Part shown: positions 44,177 to 57,284 of the stretch, piece after piece
How positions within the stretch are numbered: position 1 is the stretch's first letter
How the letters are laid out: each line of letters opens with the position of its first letter
Origin: Candidatus Oxydemutatoraceae bacterium
Lineage (GTDB): Bacteria; Pseudomonadota; Gammaproteobacteria; Poriferisulfidales; Oxydemutatoraceae
NCBI GenBank assembly: GCA_965218975.1
Contig: OZ244717.1
Span: forward strand, 416,001 to 480,000
DNA: 64,000 nt
Reading direction: 5' to 3'
Position numbers and translations under genes: made by a program
Notes under the pieces: generated by a model
The model's input: only the letters and a program-made list of their open reading frames with translations
The model's database searches: none
Told to the model about the DNA's origin: nothing

Positions 44177-45856
44177 ATGGATCAAGCACGGCCGCTTCTG
44201 TACGTTTCATTAGGGTTTGTATTGCTATTGTTGTGGCAAAGCTGGACAACGTTTACCGATCCCACACCGTCGCCGATCTCTCCGGTAACCCCATCCGATT
44301 CATCGAACAAACCACAGAAATTTCCTGAAGATTTACCGGCATCAGTAACATCCGAACAGCCGCGCCCCGCAGAATTAGAGCAAAACGTTACGCAGCAAGT
44401 TGATTCTCCGACAATAGAGGTACGGACGGATGTTTTATCCATGACTATCAGCACTCGTGGCGGTGATGTCATCCGTGCCGATTTAAGCAAGATACCTGTG
44501 CACCTCGGGGACCCGACCCCGTATCATTTGTTCCATTATGACGCTAAAGGCAGTTATTTGATGCAAGCGGGGCTGCTTCATGACCATTTGCCAGACATGT
44601 CCGGCACTTTGGCAGATTACGCCCCGTCGCATCACGCGAGATATAACAGCGCTTCGGCCCACTATCAAATGACCTCAGAGCAAGACGAACTACACATTCC
44701 GCTCGTTTGGCAAGGTCAAGGGATTGAGGTAAAAAAAGTATTTATATTTCGCCGAGGGAGATATTTAATTGATATTGAGCATTGGGTACGCAACAACCGG
44801 GAGCGCGCATGGGTCGGACGTCAATATACACAATTGCGCCGCAGCGACGAGGCGCCAGAAAATGAGAATCGGTTTCTCTATACATTCACGGGTGCAGCGT
44901 ACTATGACGGCACATACACCAAGCAAGGCTTTGCCGATATTGTAGAAGAACCAATGTCACAAGCAATACACGGCGGTTGGGCGGCAATGCTTGAACATTA
45001 CTTCGTTAGTGCCGTCGTCCCTGATCAAACACAGGCACATGATTATTATTCAAAAAGCGTTTCCGGCAATGCCGGTGCTGAGTATATCATCGGCATTCGT
45101 TCTCCGGCTTTGACTATCGCGCCCTGGCAGGAAGAGAGATTTCACACGCAATTGTACGTCGGACCGAAACTGCAGAGAAAGTTGGAACATATTGCACCTG
45201 GTCTCGAACTGACCACAGACTATGGTATTTTCACGGTAATTTCCAAACCATTATTTTGGCTGTTGGAGCGTATTTACCAATACTTAAGGAATTGGGGTTG
45301 GTCGATCATTATGTTGACGCTGTTAATTAAGTTGGTGTTTTATAAACTCTCGGAAGTTGGTTATCGTTCTATGGCACGAATGCGAAAATTTCAACCGCAA
45401 CTGACACGGCTACGCGAACGCTATAAAGATGACCGCCAACGAATGAATCAGGAAATGATGGGGCTTTATCGCAAAGAAAAAATTAATCCGCTTGGCGGAT
45501 GTTTTCCAATCTTAGTGCAAATTCCGGTTTTCATCGCGCTATATTGGGTTCTTTTAGAGAGCGTCGAGTTACGCCAAGCACCGTTCGTTCTCTGGATTCA
45601 AGACCTTTCCGCCAAAGACCCTTATTTTGTTTTACCGGTATTAATGGGAATCAGTATGTTTTTGCAAAACCGCTTAAATCCGACACCGCCGGATCCGATA
45701 CAAGCAAAAGTTATGATGTTCTTACCGTTCATTTTCACTGTCTTTTTTGCTTTCTTCCCTGCGGGGTTGGTACTGTACTGGCTTGCCAACAATGTGTTGT
45801 CCATCGCGCAACAATGGATGATTACGCGACGGATCGAGCGCGCCGTCGTCAGCTAG
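44177..45856 (+). CDS. yidC: Membrane protein insertase YidC
   Basis: DYG, NWGWSI, NPLGGC and GLVLYW. Confidence 0.97.
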   Translation: MDQARPLLYVSLGFVLLLLWQSWTTFTDPTPSPISPVTPSDSSNKPQKFPEDLPASVTSEQPRPAELEQNVTQQVDSPTIEVRTDVLSMTISTRGGDVIRADLSKIPVHLGDPTPYHLFHYDAKGSYLMQAGLLHDHLPDMSGTLADYAPSHHARYNSASAHYQMTSEQDELHIPLVWQGQGIEVKKVFIFRRGRYLIDIEHWVRNNRERAWVGRQYTQLRRSDEAPENENRFLYTFTGAAYYDGTYTKQGFADIVEEPMSQAIHGGWAAMLEHYFVSAVVPDQTQAHDYYSKSVSGNAGAEYIIGIRSPALTIAPWQEERFHTQLYVGPKLQRKLEHIAPGLELTTDYGIFTVISKPLFWLLERIYQYLRNWGWSIIMLTLLIKLVFYKLSEVGYRSMARMRKFQPQLTRLRERYKDDRQRMNQEMMGLYRKEKINPLGGCFPILVQIPVFIALYWVLLESVELRQAPFVLWIQDLSAKDPYFVLPVLMGISMFLQNRLNPTPPDPIQAKVMMFLPFIFTVFFAFFPAGLVLYWLANNVLSIAQQWMITRRIERAVVS

Positions 45857-45868
45857 CGGAGATTTTCG

Positions 45869-47236
45869 GTGCGTTATGCATCAAACGACACAATTGCGGC
45901 AGTCGCCACCCCAGCCGGCAAAGGCGGGATTGGCATCATTCGAGTCAGCGGTTTATCGGCGGAGCCTCTTTTGCGACAAATCATTGGAAAGACTATTACG
46001 CCGCGCCGAGCATGTTTCACATGTTTTTTTGATCACGATCGCCAGGTTATTGACGAAGGTATCGTGTTATGGTTTAAAGGCCCGGCTAGTTTTACCGGTG
46101 AAGATCTGTTTGAATTGCATGCTCACGGCAGTCCGGTAGTGCTGGATTTGCTATTGCAAACATTGATCAAAGCCGGCGCGCGGTTGGCGCAGCCCGGTGA
46201 ATTTAGCCGGCGTGCATTTGAAAACAATAAGTACGATTTATCTCAGTTGGAAGCAGTTTCGGAACTGATTCACAGCACAGGCGTACAAGCCGCGCGTAGT
46301 GCGCAGCGTGTATTGCAGGGTGAATTTTCGGCGCGAATCCATGCGGTGGTTTCAGCGCTCCGTCACTTACGAGTATCGGTTGAGGCGGCAATAGATTTTG
46401 CCGATGAAGACATTGAACATGCGACAACAAAAGATTGGCAGGCACAGCTTCAAACTACTTGTGATCAGCTTACACAACTCCAACAATCCGCCACTGAAGG
46501 CGCGCGGTTAAGCGCCGGTGCGCAAGTTGTCATTATCGGCTGCCCGAACGTGGGTAAATCTAGCTTGTTGAATCGATTGGCACAATGTGATGCGGCAATT
46601 GTCAGTGATATCGCCGGTACCACCCGCGATGTTTTAACAACGGCAATATCCGTCAGAGGGTTGACGTTGTCAATCATGGATACCGCTGGGCTGCGTGACA
46701 AGAAGGCTGTAACAGGCGACCCAATCGAAAGAGAAGGTATGCGACGTGCTCGAGCGGCAATGGCGACGGCAGATGCAGCGCTTATTGTAATAGATGCAAG
46801 CATTGATTACTGCGGGCAAGAACGCACGCTGGCAAACGATCTTTCCGCTAGCGATGTCCCATGTTTATGGGTTTTAAATAAAATTGATTTGATTACGCCG
46901 ACACAACGCACCGCATTGCTTGAGAAGGTAAAAACGTGCACGGTTTTAGTCTCGGCAAAAACCGGTGCCGGGATAGGTGAACTAGGCCAACGTTTAATCA
47001 AGGAATTGGGATTGACGGATAGCTGCGAAGATACACTCATAGCTCGTCGTCGCCACTTGATAGCCTTAAATCAAGCAGCAACCCATCTGCGCGAAGCCAA
47101 AGGAGTCGTCAGCTCAAACGAGCTATTTGCCGAAGAGTTGCGTCTGGCTCAGACCGCACTTGAAATAATTACCGGCGAAACGAGCAACGAGGACCTGCTT
47201 GAGGAGATTTTTGCCACATTTTGCATAGGAAAGTGA
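45869..47236 (+). CDS. mnmE: tRNA modification GTPase MnmE
   Basis: SFTGED, GCPNVGKSS, GTTRD, DTAG and FCIGK. Confidence 0.98.
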   Translation: MRYASNDTIAAVATPAGKGGIGIIRVSGLSAEPLLRQIIGKTITPRRACFTCFFDHDRQVIDEGIVLWFKGPASFTGEDLFELHAHGSPVVLDLLLQTLIKAGARLAQPGEFSRRAFENNKYDLSQLEAVSELIHSTGVQAARSAQRVLQGEFSARIHAVVSALRHLRVSVEAAIDFADEDIEHATTKDWQAQLQTTCDQLTQLQQSATEGARLSAGAQVVIIGCPNVGKSSLLNRLAQCDAAIVSDIAGTTRDVLTTAISVRGLTLSIMDTAGLRDKKAVTGDPIEREGMRRARAAMATADAALIVIDASIDYCGQERTLANDLSASDVPCLWVLNKIDLITPTQRTALLEKVKTCTVLVSAKTGAGIGELGQRLIKELGLTDSCEDTLIARRRHLIALNQAATHLREAKGVVSSNELFAEELRLAQTALEIITGETSNEDLLEEIFATFCIGK

Positions 47237-47782
47237 ATGAGGCCCGCAAACGGGTACTTTGAGGGACACCGGTGATGAATACCTCGCTAGGTTATTCTTT
47301 ACAACTTCTTTCTAAAACCACTTTAAGCTCGTCCGCCAATTTAGGTACAGCCAAAACGGACAAGATGGTCGTCTAAATATAAGCTCCGACCTTGAAATTG
47401 GCACCCCGCCAAAGTTATATACTGCAGCACTAACTACCATATATACATGAGCTTGAATACGACCTGCAATGAAACCACCAAAATTCGGTTGCATTCGATG
47501 ATACGGCGGAATAGGTTGGACCGATCAATGGCCCCTATGTCATAGAGTATAGCCGATTCCGGAGGTACAAAGAGTGAATGAGCAAATAAAAACCCGGCCT
47601 CCCGATGTAGAACCTAATATAGGCCGGATTCAACAGATTGTTTGAGATCGCATTCCTGATGAGAACAAATCGGCGCGAAATTCATCCTGCCCAGAGAGAA
47701 AAGCAGCCCTCAACAGCAGCCTTGCTTTTCAAACTGGAGCGGATCGTATATACCGGCGTTGCGAGATTTACTGCGGTATCAA

Positions 47783-48250
47783 CTAAAGCCCTAACTCGGT
47801 TAAACCGGGATAATCATCCGGGCGCGGGCCCGGCTCCCATAAAAATTTTCGTTCGGATGCCTGGATCGGTACATCGTTGATACTGGCTTCACGTCGGCGC
47901 ATCAGACCTCGTTCGTCAAACTCCCAGTTTTCGTTCCCGTGTGCACGAAACCAGTTTCCGGAGTCGTCACGCCATTCGTATTGAAAACACACTGCAATGC
48001 GATCGTTCTGGTACGTCCAAAGTTCCTTGATCAGGTGATAGTCTAATTCATGTGCCCACTTGCGCTTTAGAAATGCGACAATCTCTTCGTGACCCTGGAA
48101 AAACTCGGCGCGGTTGCGCCAACGGCTGTCTTCAGTGTACGCTAGCGAGACCTTTTCCGGGTCGCACGAGTTCCATGCGTTTTCAGCCATTCGGACTTTC
48201 TGCGTGGCAGTCTCAAGAGTAAACGGTGGGAATGGAGGACGTTCAGACAT
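47783..48250 (-). CDS. DUF1348 / SnoaL-like NTF2-fold protein
   Basis: [38 protein letters not shown]. Confidence 0.88.
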   Translation of the reverse strand: MSERPPFPPFTLETATQKVRMAENAWNSCDPEKVSLAYTEDSRWRNRAEFFQGHEEIVAFLKRKWAHELDYHLIKELWTYQNDRIAVCFQYEWRDDSGNWFRAHGNENWEFDERGLMRRREASINDVPIQASERKFLWEPGPRPDDYPGLTELGL

Positions 48251-48388
48251 GATTTCGACTCCTTCTATTAAGTGCTGATCAGTACAGTATATACCAAATG
48301 GGACAAGAGTAATGAGATTGTACGTAACCGATATATACCGGAAAAGTCACAGTATAACTCGCGGTATAATACATTTTCGGCTTAAAAA

Positions 48389-50290
48389 ATGATGGTAAAG
48401 AAAAACACAGTTGAAGTGATCGTGGTTGGTGGCGGTCATGCCGGCGTTGAAGCAGCGCTTGCTTCGGCACGAGCGGGCGCACGTACGTTACTGCTTACAC
48501 ATGATATTGAAACGATCGGACAAATGAGCTGTAACCCGGCAATCGGAGGGCTGGGCAAAAGCCATTTAGTGCGTGAAATAGACGCACTCGGCGGGATTAT
48601 GGCTTGTGCCGCTGATGCAGCCGGAATTCATCTGCGGGTCTTAAACACACGCAAAGGCCCCGCGGTTCGTGCGACGCGTGCCCAAACTGACCGGCAATTA
48701 TATCGACAAGCAATTCGTCATGCGGTCGAGACCCAGCCGCGACTCCAAGTTTTCCAGCAATCAGTTGAGGATTTGATCATTGAAAACGAACAGATTAAAG
48801 GTGTGGAAACACAGATTGGCTTGCATTTTTATGCATCTGCGGTGGTATTGACAGTAGGAACGTTTCTCGGTGGTAAAATTTACGTCGGACAGAGCCATCG
48901 CCCCGGCGGTCGTGCCGGGAATCCGCCGGCAAACGCATTAGCGAAGCGATTGCGTGCATTGCCGTTTACTGTCGGGCGCTTAAAGACGGGAACACCGCCG
49001 CGCTTAGATGGTCGCAGTATTGATTTTTCAGCGCTCGCAGTGCAGTCCGGCGATATTCCGCGTCCAATGATGTCGTTTTTATCGCCGGAAAAGTATTATC
49101 CCGAACAAGTTCCGTGTTATTTGGCGCAAACGAATGCAGATACCCACGCTATTATTACTGCCGCGCTGGACCAATCGCCGATTTACAGCGGCGTGCTTGA
49201 AGCAAAAGGCCCGCGGTATTGCCCTTCGATTGAAGATAAAGTTGTGCGCTTTGCCGATAAACCTGCGCATCGAATTTTTCTTGAGCCGGAAGGTTTGCAG
49301 ACGCGCGAGCTTTATCCGAACGGCATTTCTACAAGTTTACCGTTTGATGTGCAGCAGCGATTTGTGCGCACCATTCGAGGTTTTGAAAAAGCGCATATTA
49401 CTCGTCCGGGGTATGCTATCGAATATGATTATTTTGACCCGCGCGGTTTGCAACGTGGTCTGCAAACGAAGTCGGTTGACGGGTTATTCTTTGCCGGACA
49501 GATTAACGGCACTACCGGTTATGAAGAGGCGGCGGCACAGGGTTTGCTTGCCGGAGTGAACGCCGCCCGCTATGCCGATCAAAAAGGGCTGTGGGTTCCC
49601 TTACGTGAAACTTCCTACCTCGGTGTATTAGTCGATGATCTGGTGACACAAGGAGTTAGCGAACCGTACCGGATGTTTACCAGCCGTGTTGAATATCGCC
49701 TGCTATTGCGCGAGGATAATGCCGACCTGCGCCTGACACCGATCGGGCGCGAACTCGGGTTGGTAAATGACGTTCGCTGGCAGGCATTTGAGTGCAAACG
49801 TAAAGCGGTCGCAAAGATACAAGATATGCTGCGTACCACGCAAATTTCGGTCACGCAAGCACTGCGGGAAGGAATTGTGCTTGATCAGTCATGTTCCGCC
49901 GAAACGTTATTGCGTCGTCCCGAAATGACTTGTGCTAAAGTGATGACGGCAGCAGGACTGACACTGTCGGATGTGACCGCCGAGGTGATTGAGCAAGTGG
50001 AAATTCAAGCGCGTTACGCAGGCTATATGCAGCGTCAGGCTGAAGAGATAAAACACCTGCACGCTCAAGAAAACCGACGTATTCCACCGAATTTCGGCTA
50101 CTGCGACATACCGGGTCTATCGAATGAATTGCGTGAAAAGTTGACACAAATTCAGCCGGAGACCATCGGTCAAGCAGGACGCATTCAAGGAATGACCCCA
50201 GCGGCGTTATCACTGCTTCTGATTCGGCTGAAAGCAATCGGAGATTGGCATCGAGACATATCGGAACCGGTGAAGCAACAATCGGCATGA
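48389..50290 (+). CDS. mnmG: tRNA modification enzyme MnmG (GidA)
   Basis: [26 protein letters not shown] and [12 protein letters not shown]. Confidence 0.98.
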   Translation: MMVKKNTVEVIVVGGGHAGVEAALASARAGARTLLLTHDIETIGQMSCNPAIGGLGKSHLVREIDALGGIMACAADAAGIHLRVLNTRKGPAVRATRAQTDRQLYRQAIRHAVETQPRLQVFQQSVEDLIIENEQIKGVETQIGLHFYASAVVLTVGTFLGGKIYVGQSHRPGGRAGNPPANALAKRLRALPFTVGRLKTGTPPRLDGRSIDFSALAVQSGDIPRPMMSFLSPEKYYPEQVPCYLAQTNADTHAIITAALDQSPIYSGVLEAKGPRYCPSIEDKVVRFADKPAHRIFLEPEGLQTRELYPNGISTSLPFDVQQRFVRTIRGFEKAHITRPGYAIEYDYFDPRGLQRGLQTKSVDGLFFAGQINGTTGYEEAAAQGLLAGVNAARYADQKGLWVPLRETSYLGVLVDDLVTQGVSEPYRMFTSRVEYRLLLREDNADLRLTPIGRELGLVNDVRWQAFECKRKAVAKIQDMLRTTQISVTQALREGIVLDQSCSAETLLRRPEMTCAKVMTAAGLTLSDVTAEVIEQVEIQARYAGYMQRQAEEIKHLHAQENRRIPPNFGYCDIPGLSNELREKLTQIQPETIGQAGRIQGMTPAALSLLLIRLKAIGDWHRDISEPVKQQSA

Positions 50291-50760
50291 TACGGCAACG
50301 CTTTCTTATCTTTGTTTGTATGGTGAGTCTGATTTGCATACCAGCGCTGGTATCGGCATCCGTTCCAAGTTCCGACGGAGTATTCAACACGAAAAGCAAA
50401 TACAATGTTGCGGATACAGTCGAGCGGGCCAAGCGAATAATCCGGTATCACGGCTTTCGATTGCTCGGAGAAGTTAACCACGGCAAACGAGCTAAAAGTG
50501 TCGGCACGGCTCTTGCACCGACTCGCCTAATTGTTTTCGGCAATCCGCAAACAGACTCTAAGTTGATGCGGAAAAGCCGACTGATGGGATTGGATTTACC
50601 AATGAAGCTATTAATTTGGGAGGATGATGCCGGGATTGCTTGGGTCAGCTACAACAGTGCCGAGTATCTTGCCTTGCGACATCGTTTATCGCCCGATGCC
50701 GCCATTATTATCAAGACGGCAAAAGTTCTGCGCGAACTTGGTGCGGAAGTCGCAAAGTAA
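50287..50760 (+). CDS. DUF302-family exported protein
   Basis: Signal peptide, LIVFGNP and [13 protein letters not shown]. Confidence 0.8.
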   Translation: MIRQRFLIFVCMVSLICIPALVSASVPSSDGVFNTKSKYNVADTVERAKRIIRYHGFRLLGEVNHGKRAKSVGTALAPTRLIVFGNPQTDSKLMRKSRLMGLDLPMKLLIWEDDAGIAWVSYNSAEYLALRHRLSPDAAIIIKTAKVLRELGAEVAK

Positions 50761-51387
50761 GTGAGCCGACAAGCACAGAAACTACAGGCAGGACTGGAAC
50801 GACTCGGCATTGCGGCAAATGAAAGCCAAGTGCAACAGGCGCTGCAATGGTTGAACTTGTTAGAGCGGTGGAATCAAGCGTACAATTTGACCGCCATTCC
50901 CCGAGCACGGCGGATAGCGCAATTGGTCTGGATGAGTGTTGCGGCAATTCCGTATTTACATCCGACCCGGGTTTTAGATGTGGGTAGCGGCGCTGGGGTG
51001 CCGGGGATTGCGCTGGCAATTTTCGCCCCGCAATTTTCCTATACTCTGGTGGACAGTTGTTTTAAGAAAATACGATTTATGCGGCAGGCAGTGCTAGAAT
51101 TGAATCTATCTAACGTCGCTGTTCTGCATCAGAATATTGAGGCGCTGCCTGCCGAACGATTGTACGATACGATTATTTCCCGCGCGTTCACGGATATGCG
51201 GCGGTTTTTTGATGCGACTCAATGTTACGGGGCACGGCAGGCGCACTGGTTGACATTTAAAGGAGCAAGAAGCGGAGCGAAAGAAGCGGCATTGCTTTTG
51301 CAAGAGCAAATACAGTGCAGCACGTTTCCGCTTGCCGTCCCGGGATTGAACGTCGAAACCGTGTTATTGAAAATACAAACAACGTAA
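50761..51387 (+). CDS. rsmG: 16S rRNA m7G527 methyltransferase
   Basis: WNQAYNLTA, LDVGSGAGVPG and SRAF. Confidence 0.95.
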   Translation: MSRQAQKLQAGLERLGIAANESQVQQALQWLNLLERWNQAYNLTAIPRARRIAQLVWMSVAAIPYLHPTRVLDVGSGAGVPGIALAIFAPQFSYTLVDSCFKKIRFMRQAVLELNLSNVAVLHQNIEALPAERLYDTIISRAFTDMRRFFDATQCYGARQAHWLTFKGARSGAKEAALLLQEQIQCSTFPLAVPGLNVETVLLKIQTT

Positions 51388-52160
51388 TGAGCAATATCTA
51401 TGCAATTACCAACCAAAAAGGCGGTGTTGGTAAAACGACGACCACAATCAATCTTGCCGCATCGCTTACTGCGACCGGGCAACGGGTATTGCTGATAGAC
51501 ATTGATCCGCAGGGTAACGCAACTATCGGCAGCGGAATTGATAAAAGCGCATTAGATGTAACCGTTACCGACTTGTTGTTGGCACAACGAGCGTCGCAGG
51601 ATGCAATTGTCCGTGCCGAATACGGCGGGTATGACGTCATTGGCGCCGATAGCATGCTTACGGTCGCTGAGGTTCGTCTGTTAGAAATGGATGAGCGCGA
51701 ATATCGGCTACGCAAAGTATTGTGGCCATTAACCGGGCGGTATACATTTATTTTGCTGGATTGTCCGCCGACATTAAGCACTTTGACAGTCAACGCGCTC
51801 GTTGCCGCCACCGGTATCATTATTCCGGTTCAGTGCGAGTACTATGCGCTGGAAGGGTTATCGTCATTACTGCAAACTATCCAACGAATCCGGGAAACGG
51901 TTAGCCCCGAACTGAAGATTGAAGGAGTATTACGCACCATGTTTGACCCGCGCAATAATTTGTCGCGTGATGTGTCGGAGCGTTTGCGTGAGCGTTTTGG
52001 CGACAGCTTATATCAGACGATTATACCGCGCAATGTCAGCCTTGCCGAAGCGCCAAGTCACGGAATGCCGACGTTGCAGTATGATAAACGCGCGCGAGGT
52101 GCGCAAGCCTATTTAATGTTGGCGGGTGAAATTTTGAGCCGTGCTGCCGCCACAAAATAA
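51387..52160 (+). CDS. parA: ParA/Soj ATPase
   Basis: NQKGGVGKTT, DPQGN and QCEYYALEG. Confidence 0.97.
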   Translation: MSNIYAITNQKGGVGKTTTTINLAASLTATGQRVLLIDIDPQGNATIGSGIDKSALDVTVTDLLLAQRASQDAIVRAEYGGYDVIGADSMLTVAEVRLLEMDEREYRLRKVLWPLTGRYTFILLDCPPTLSTLTVNALVAATGIIIPVQCEYYALEGLSSLLQTIQRIRETVSPELKIEGVLRTMFDPRNNLSRDVSERLRERFGDSLYQTIIPRNVSLAEAPSHGMPTLQYDKRARGAQAYLMLAGEILSRAAATK

Positions 52161-52178
52161 CGATTAAACGGAGGAGTG

Positions 52179-53057
52179 ATGGCAAAACAACGTAAAGGTC
52201 TCGGCAATTTGGGCGTGGATGCCTTATTGTCGACCAAATCGCTTGAGACATACACCAAACCTTACAGCACATCAGATAGCTATGAGTTCACTTATCTGGG
52301 GGTCGAACGAATCCGTCCCAACCGCTACCAGCCGCGTATCCGTATAGATGAACAAGGATTGGAAGAATTGGCGCGGTCAATGCGAGAGCAAGGCTTGATT
52401 CAGCCGGTAGTCGTTCGCGCCCTTCCGGGTAAGCCCAACAATTATGAATTGATTACCGGTGAGCGACGCTGGCGCGCAGCGCAACGCATCGGATTGGAAC
52501 AAATCCCGGCGGTAATCCGACAGGCCGACGAGCAGCAAGCCGCTATATTGTCATTGGTTGAAAACATACAGCGTGCCGAACTAAATGCACTGGAAGAAGC
52601 AGCGGCACTACAGAATACTATCGAGCAGTTTTCTTTGACGCATGAAGCGGTGGCGGCTTTGATCGGACGTTCGCGAACGACAGTAACCAATTTGATTCGA
52701 CTACTGGAGCTAGATGACCGGGTACAGCAGTTGCTCAACGAAGGCATGCTTGAGATGGGGCACGCGCGCGTATTGTTGCGATTAAAGAAAAACAAGCAAG
52801 CGGCGGCGGCGCAGAAAATCGTGCAGCAAAAAATGACGGTACGTCAAACCGAAATATACGTCGCGCATTTGCTTAAAGGAAAACCGCCATCCCCAAAGAC
52901 AACGCGCGCTCCTGAGATCACCGCTTTGGAGCGTAAACTAACCGAACGGTTGAACACACCGGTACAAATTAAGCATCAGGAATCCGGCGGCGGAAAATTG
53001 ATAATTCGCTATACAAATTTAGCAGTGCTGGATGGGATTCTGGAAAAAATTCGCTGA
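52179..53057 (+). CDS. parB: ParB/Spo0J
   Basis: QPR, GERRWRAA, ENIQR and an HTH. Confidence 0.97.
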   Translation: MAKQRKGLGNLGVDALLSTKSLETYTKPYSTSDSYEFTYLGVERIRPNRYQPRIRIDEQGLEELARSMREQGLIQPVVVRALPGKPNNYELITGERRWRAAQRIGLEQIPAVIRQADEQQAAILSLVENIQRAELNALEEAAALQNTIEQFSLTHEAVAALIGRSRTTVTNLIRLLELDDRVQQLLNEGMLEMGHARVLLRLKKNKQAAAAQKIVQQKMTVRQTEIYVAHLLKGKPPSPKTTRAPEITALERKLTERLNTPVQIKHQESGGGKLIIRYTNLAVLDGILEKIR

Positions 53058-53082
53058 ATATTTATATTGAAGAAGGGGAAGA

Positions 53083-54021
53083 ATGCGACTGTTTCGTAAT
53101 GGCGATGGTTTACATCGCGCCCAAGCCGCAAGTGCGGCGACAATCGGTGGGTTTGATGGAATGCATTGCGGCCATCAGGCGGTGTTTGCCAGACTACATG
53201 AAATCGCCGCCGCTAAAAAATTGCCGACAACGGTAATCCTTTTTGAACCGCTGCCGCATTCATTTTTCCATCAAAATACGGCACAACGGTTGGTTTCGTT
53301 ACGCGACCGTTTGGAATTTTTGCAGGCAGCGGGAGTGGACCAAGTCGTTTGTTTGTCATTTAATCAACGGCTTGCGACACGTTCGGCGCAAGAGTTCATT
53401 GATGACATTTTAGTGCGCGGATTAAAGATTCGCTGTTTATTAACCGGCGATGATTTTCGCTTTGGGAAAAATCGTGAAGGGAATTTTGCTTTGTTGCAAC
53501 AAACGGGTCAAAAATACCGATTCTGTGTTGAGCAAGTTCCGCCATTCGTTCAAGGAGAAAGACGGGTGAGTAGCACATGGATTCGTGAAGTGTTGGCCGC
53601 AGGTGATTTTACTATGGCGGCAAGGTTACTCGGGCGCGCATATACCATTACGGGACGAGTCGGTTACGGGGACGGAAGGGGTCGGCAATTGGGATTTCCC
53701 ACGGCCAACTTGATAACTGGCAAGTATCCCTTATCATTGCGCGGTGTATTTGTCGGCGAAGTGCGGGATCAATCATTATCCGAAGCCGCACCGGCAAAAC
53801 CATGTTTGTTAAATGCCGGATATCGTCCGACGTTCAATAAGCAAATATATCGCTTGGAAGTGCATATCATGAACTTTGAAAGTGATTTGTACGGGCATCA
53901 TCTGCAAGTCCGCCCGTTAAAAAAACTACGTGATGAAAAACGCTTTGACAATCATGCCGTACTGCAGGCAAATATGCGGCAGGATTTAGAACAAGCGATG
54001 GAGTTTTGGGCGGTTGGCTGA
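53083..54021 (+). CDS. ribF: Riboflavin kinase/FAD synthetase
   Basis: [18 protein letters not shown] and GFPTAN. Confidence 0.96.
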   Translation: MRLFRNGDGLHRAQAASAATIGGFDGMHCGHQAVFARLHEIAAAKKLPTTVILFEPLPHSFFHQNTAQRLVSLRDRLEFLQAAGVDQVVCLSFNQRLATRSAQEFIDDILVRGLKIRCLLTGDDFRFGKNREGNFALLQQTGQKYRFCVEQVPPFVQGERRVSSTWIREVLAAGDFTMAARLLGRAYTITGRVGYGDGRGRQLGFPTANLITGKYPLSLRGVFVGEVRDQSLSEAAPAKPCLLNAGYRPTFNKQIYRLEVHIMNFESDLYGHHLQVRPLKKLRDEKRFDNHAVLQANMRQDLEQAMEFWAVG

Positions 54022-56824
54022 TTACAAGGGCACCTTAAATCTACCGCGAACTGATTTTCCGATGCGAGCAAATCTTGCGCTACGAGAGCCGGAAATATTG
54101 CGGCGTTGGCAAGCAATGAAACTCTATGAAAGCTTGCGTCGAAAGCGTCGCGGAAAGCCGCAGTTTATTCTGCATGACGGCCCGCCGTATGCGAACGGTG
54201 ACATTCATATGGGTCATGCGGTGAATAAAATTCTAAAGGATATTGTCGTCAAAAGTCGTTTGCTTGACGGAATGGATGTGCCCTATGTGCCGGGATGGGA
54301 TTGTCATGGGCTTCCGGTCGAGATGGAAGTTGAAAAAACTCACGGCGCTCCGAAGTCCGCTGCGGATGCCAAACGATTTCGTCTTCAGTGTCGCGAATAT
54401 GCCGGCAAGCAAGTTACTGTGCAACGTGAGAATTTTATTCGCTTGGGGATTCTCGGTGATTGGGAGAATCCTTATTTGAGCATGGATTATCGGACCGAAG
54501 CAGATATTTTACGCACTCTTGGGCGGATCATTGACAACGGTTACTTCTATCGGAGTGCGCGTCCCGTCTATTGGTGCCCGGAGTGCGAATCATCGCTGGC
54601 GGAGGCAGAGGTAGATTATGCCGAAAAAGAATCCGTCGCAGTAGATGTTTTGTTTCGTGCGGCGAATGTTGAGGAGATGGCACGGCGCTTTGGGACCGCG
54701 CCCGATCAACCCATAGGAGTTGCGGTTTGGACAACGACACCGTGGACCCTGCCGGCCAATCGTGCAGTTGCACTTCATCCCGACTACGATTATGTTCTGG
54801 TAGATGTGCCTCAGGGCAGAGTTATTGTTGCGGCGCCGGTATTAAAGGCGTGGCTTGCGCGTTGTGTTATTAACGATCATCGGATTATCGCGCGATGTCG
54901 GGGCAAACAGCTGCAAGGGCATCGCTTGCAGCATCCGTTTTATGCGCGCGAGGTGCCCGTAGTACTTGCCGATTACATCACCTTGGATATCGGCAGCGGT
55001 GCGGTACACATTGCGCCTGCGCATGGCGAGGATGACTACCGCACCGGTCTTGTGTATCAGTTGGAGGTTGATAATCCGGTCGATTCGCGCGGAGTGTTTC
55101 TCCCGACGACTCCTCAGTTCGCCGGATTGCCGGTACGCAGTGTCCACACCGCGATCATTGAAGCATTAAAACAAAAAAATACATTATTGTTTACTCATCG
55201 GTATACGCATAGCTATCCGCACTGTTGGCGGCATAAAACGCCGATCATTTTCCGGGCCACCGCGCAATGGTTTTTGCAACTGAGTTCAAATAATAATACT
55301 GGCATGCAAAGTTTGCGTGAACAAGCCCTAAGCGTCTGTGAATCGGTATGTTGGACACCCGATTGGAGTCAGTCAAGAATGCGTAATATGCTTATTAACC
55401 GGCCTGATTGGTGCTTGTCGCGCCAGCGCAAATGGGGCGTGCCGATCGCGGTGCTTATTCACAAACGTACCCGCTTATTGCACCCGAAGACAAGCCAAAT
55501 CCTCGAACAGGTGGCGCAAAGGATTACGCAAGAGGGAGTTCAGGCATGGTTTGACTTATCCGCTGAAGATCTCATCGGTGATGAGGCCTCAGATTATGAA
55601 AAAGTATGTGACATTCTAGACGTATGGTTCGATTCGGGTTCGACATGTGCAAGCGTGTTGCGCACTCGCGAGGAATTGCAAGCACCGGCGGATTTGTATC
55701 TGGAAGGGTCGGACCAACACCGCGGATGGTTTCAGTCATCATTGCTGACATCGCTTGCGGCGTACCGTGAAGCGCCGTACCGCGGTGTTCTAACTCATGG
55801 ATTTACTGTGGACGCTGAGGGACGGAAGATGTCAAAGTCGCGCGGAAACGTTATTGCTCCGCAAAAAATTATTCGCACACTCGGTGCCGACACGCTACGC
55901 TTATGGGTTGCGGCATCCGATTTCGGCAATGAAATAACCGTTTCGGATGAAATCCTCAAGCGGACGACCGAAACATATCGCAGAATGCGCAATACGGCTC
56001 GTTTTTTATTGGGGAACTTGTTCGACTTTGATCCGGCTACGGATATGCTAGCGGTTGACCGATTGCTGTCGCTGGATTGGTGGGCATTGGATTGTGCCGC
56101 CAAGTTACAAGCGGAAATTCGGCAATATTACTCCGAGTATAAATTCCATCAGATTTACCAAGGTATTCATAACTTCTGTAACACTAAAATGGGCGGGTTT
56201 TATTTGGACATCATAAAAGATCGTTTATATACGACTCAGGCGAACGGACACATCCGCCGCTCGGCGCAGACGGCGATGTTTCATATTGTTCATGCGCTGG
56301 CACGTTGGTTAGCGCCGATTATGAGCTTTACCGCCGAAGAGATTTATCGTGCGATTCCCGGTGATATCGCCGACAGTGTTTTTTTCTGCGAGTGGTATCC
56401 TTTGCCATCGACAAGCAACGCCACGGGGCTATCGACAAGCGAATGGGAAACGATTATTGCGATGCGTGAACAGGTTGCCAAACATCTTGAGAAGCTTCGT
56501 ATCGAAAAGCAAATCGGTTCGCCGTTGGATGCAGAAATCACGTTGTTTTGTGATGATCAACGAAGACAAACTTTTGTCAAGCTGAAAGATGAATTACGCT
56601 TTGTGCTGATAACCTCGGCAGCGGAAATATCTTCGACCTGTCTGGCGGATTCATACCGGATTGACAGCGGGTTGTGGCTGAAAGCGGTCGCAAGCAAGGC
56701 GAAAAAATGCGTGCGGTGCTGGCACAAGCGGGATGAAGTCGGAACCATTGCACAATTCGCGGGTTTATGCTGGCGATGTCATGATAACGTCAACGGTGAC
56801 GGCGAGCAACGGTTCTATGCATAA
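54014..56824 (+). CDS. ileS: Isoleucine--tRNA ligase
   Basis: [27 protein letters not shown] and a C-terminal zinc finger. Confidence 0.98.
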   Translation: MADYKGTLNLPRTDFPMRANLALREPEILRRWQAMKLYESLRRKRRGKPQFILHDGPPYANGDIHMGHAVNKILKDIVVKSRLLDGMDVPYVPGWDCHGLPVEMEVEKTHGAPKSAADAKRFRLQCREYAGKQVTVQRENFIRLGILGDWENPYLSMDYRTEADILRTLGRIIDNGYFYRSARPVYWCPECESSLAEAEVDYAEKESVAVDVLFRAANVEEMARRFGTAPDQPIGVAVWTTTPWTLPANRAVALHPDYDYVLVDVPQGRVIVAAPVLKAWLARCVINDHRIIARCRGKQLQGHRLQHPFYAREVPVVLADYITLDIGSGAVHIAPAHGEDDYRTGLVYQLEVDNPVDSRGVFLPTTPQFAGLPVRSVHTAIIEALKQKNTLLFTHRYTHSYPHCWRHKTPIIFRATAQWFLQLSSNNNTGMQSLREQALSVCESVCWTPDWSQSRMRNMLINRPDWCLSRQRKWGVPIAVLIHKRTRLLHPKTSQILEQVAQRITQEGVQAWFDLSAEDLIGDEASDYEKVCDILDVWFDSGSTCASVLRTREELQAPADLYLEGSDQHRGWFQSSLLTSLAAYREAPYRGVLTHGFTVDAEGRKMSKSRGNVIAPQKIIRTLGADTLRLWVAASDFGNEITVSDEILKRTTETYRRMRNTARFLLGNLFDFDPATDMLAVDRLLSLDWWALDCAAKLQAEIRQYYSEYKFHQIYQGIHNFCNTKMGGFYLDIIKDRLYTTQANGHIRRSAQTAMFHIVHALARWLAPIMSFTAEEIYRAIPGDIADSVFFCEWYPLPSTSNATGLSTSEWETIIAMREQVAKHLEKLRIEKQIGSPLDAEITLFCDDQRRQTFVKLKDELRFVLITSAAEISSTCLADSYRIDSGLWLKAVASKAKKCVRCWHKRDEVGTIAQFAGLCWRCHDNVNGDGEQRFYA

Positions 56825-57284
56825 GTGGTTATGGTTATCTGCCGTTATCGTTGTGCTTGATCAGTGGAGTAAAGCAGTCGCCGCCGGGCAACTGATTCTA
56901 CATCAGCCGGTTGCCGTACTGCCGCAGCTGAATTTTATGCTGGTTTACAATGCGGGCGCATCGTTCGGATTTTTAAGTTCCGCAGGCGGCTGGCAACGCT
57001 GGTTTCTTATTACACTCGCCTTGGCGGTGAGCGGGTATTTGTATATGTGGCTGAAGAAGCTGACTGCCGAAGCGGTCATCATGGCGGCGGGAATTGCTTT
57101 GATTATCGGGGGGGCGATCGGGAATGTGATTGACCGCGTGGTTTATGGCTACGTTATTGACTTTATTGATATATACTACGGTGCTTACCATTGGCCGGTC
57201 TTTAATCTTGCCGATAGCGTAATTACACTAGGCGCCGTGATGATTGTAATGACAGCATTGTTTGATAGTAGGGTGACTTCATGA
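56817..57284 (+). CDS. lspA: Lipoprotein signal peptidase
   Basis: NAGASFG, GNVIDR, VIDF and FNLAD. Confidence 0.96.
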   Translation: MHKWLWLSAVIVVLDQWSKAVAAGQLILHQPVAVLPQLNFMLVYNAGASFGFLSSAGGWQRWFLITLALAVSGYLYMWLKKLTAEAVIMAAGIALIIGGAIGNVIDRVVYGYVIDFIDIYYGAYHWPVFNLADSVITLGAVMIVMTALFDSRVTS

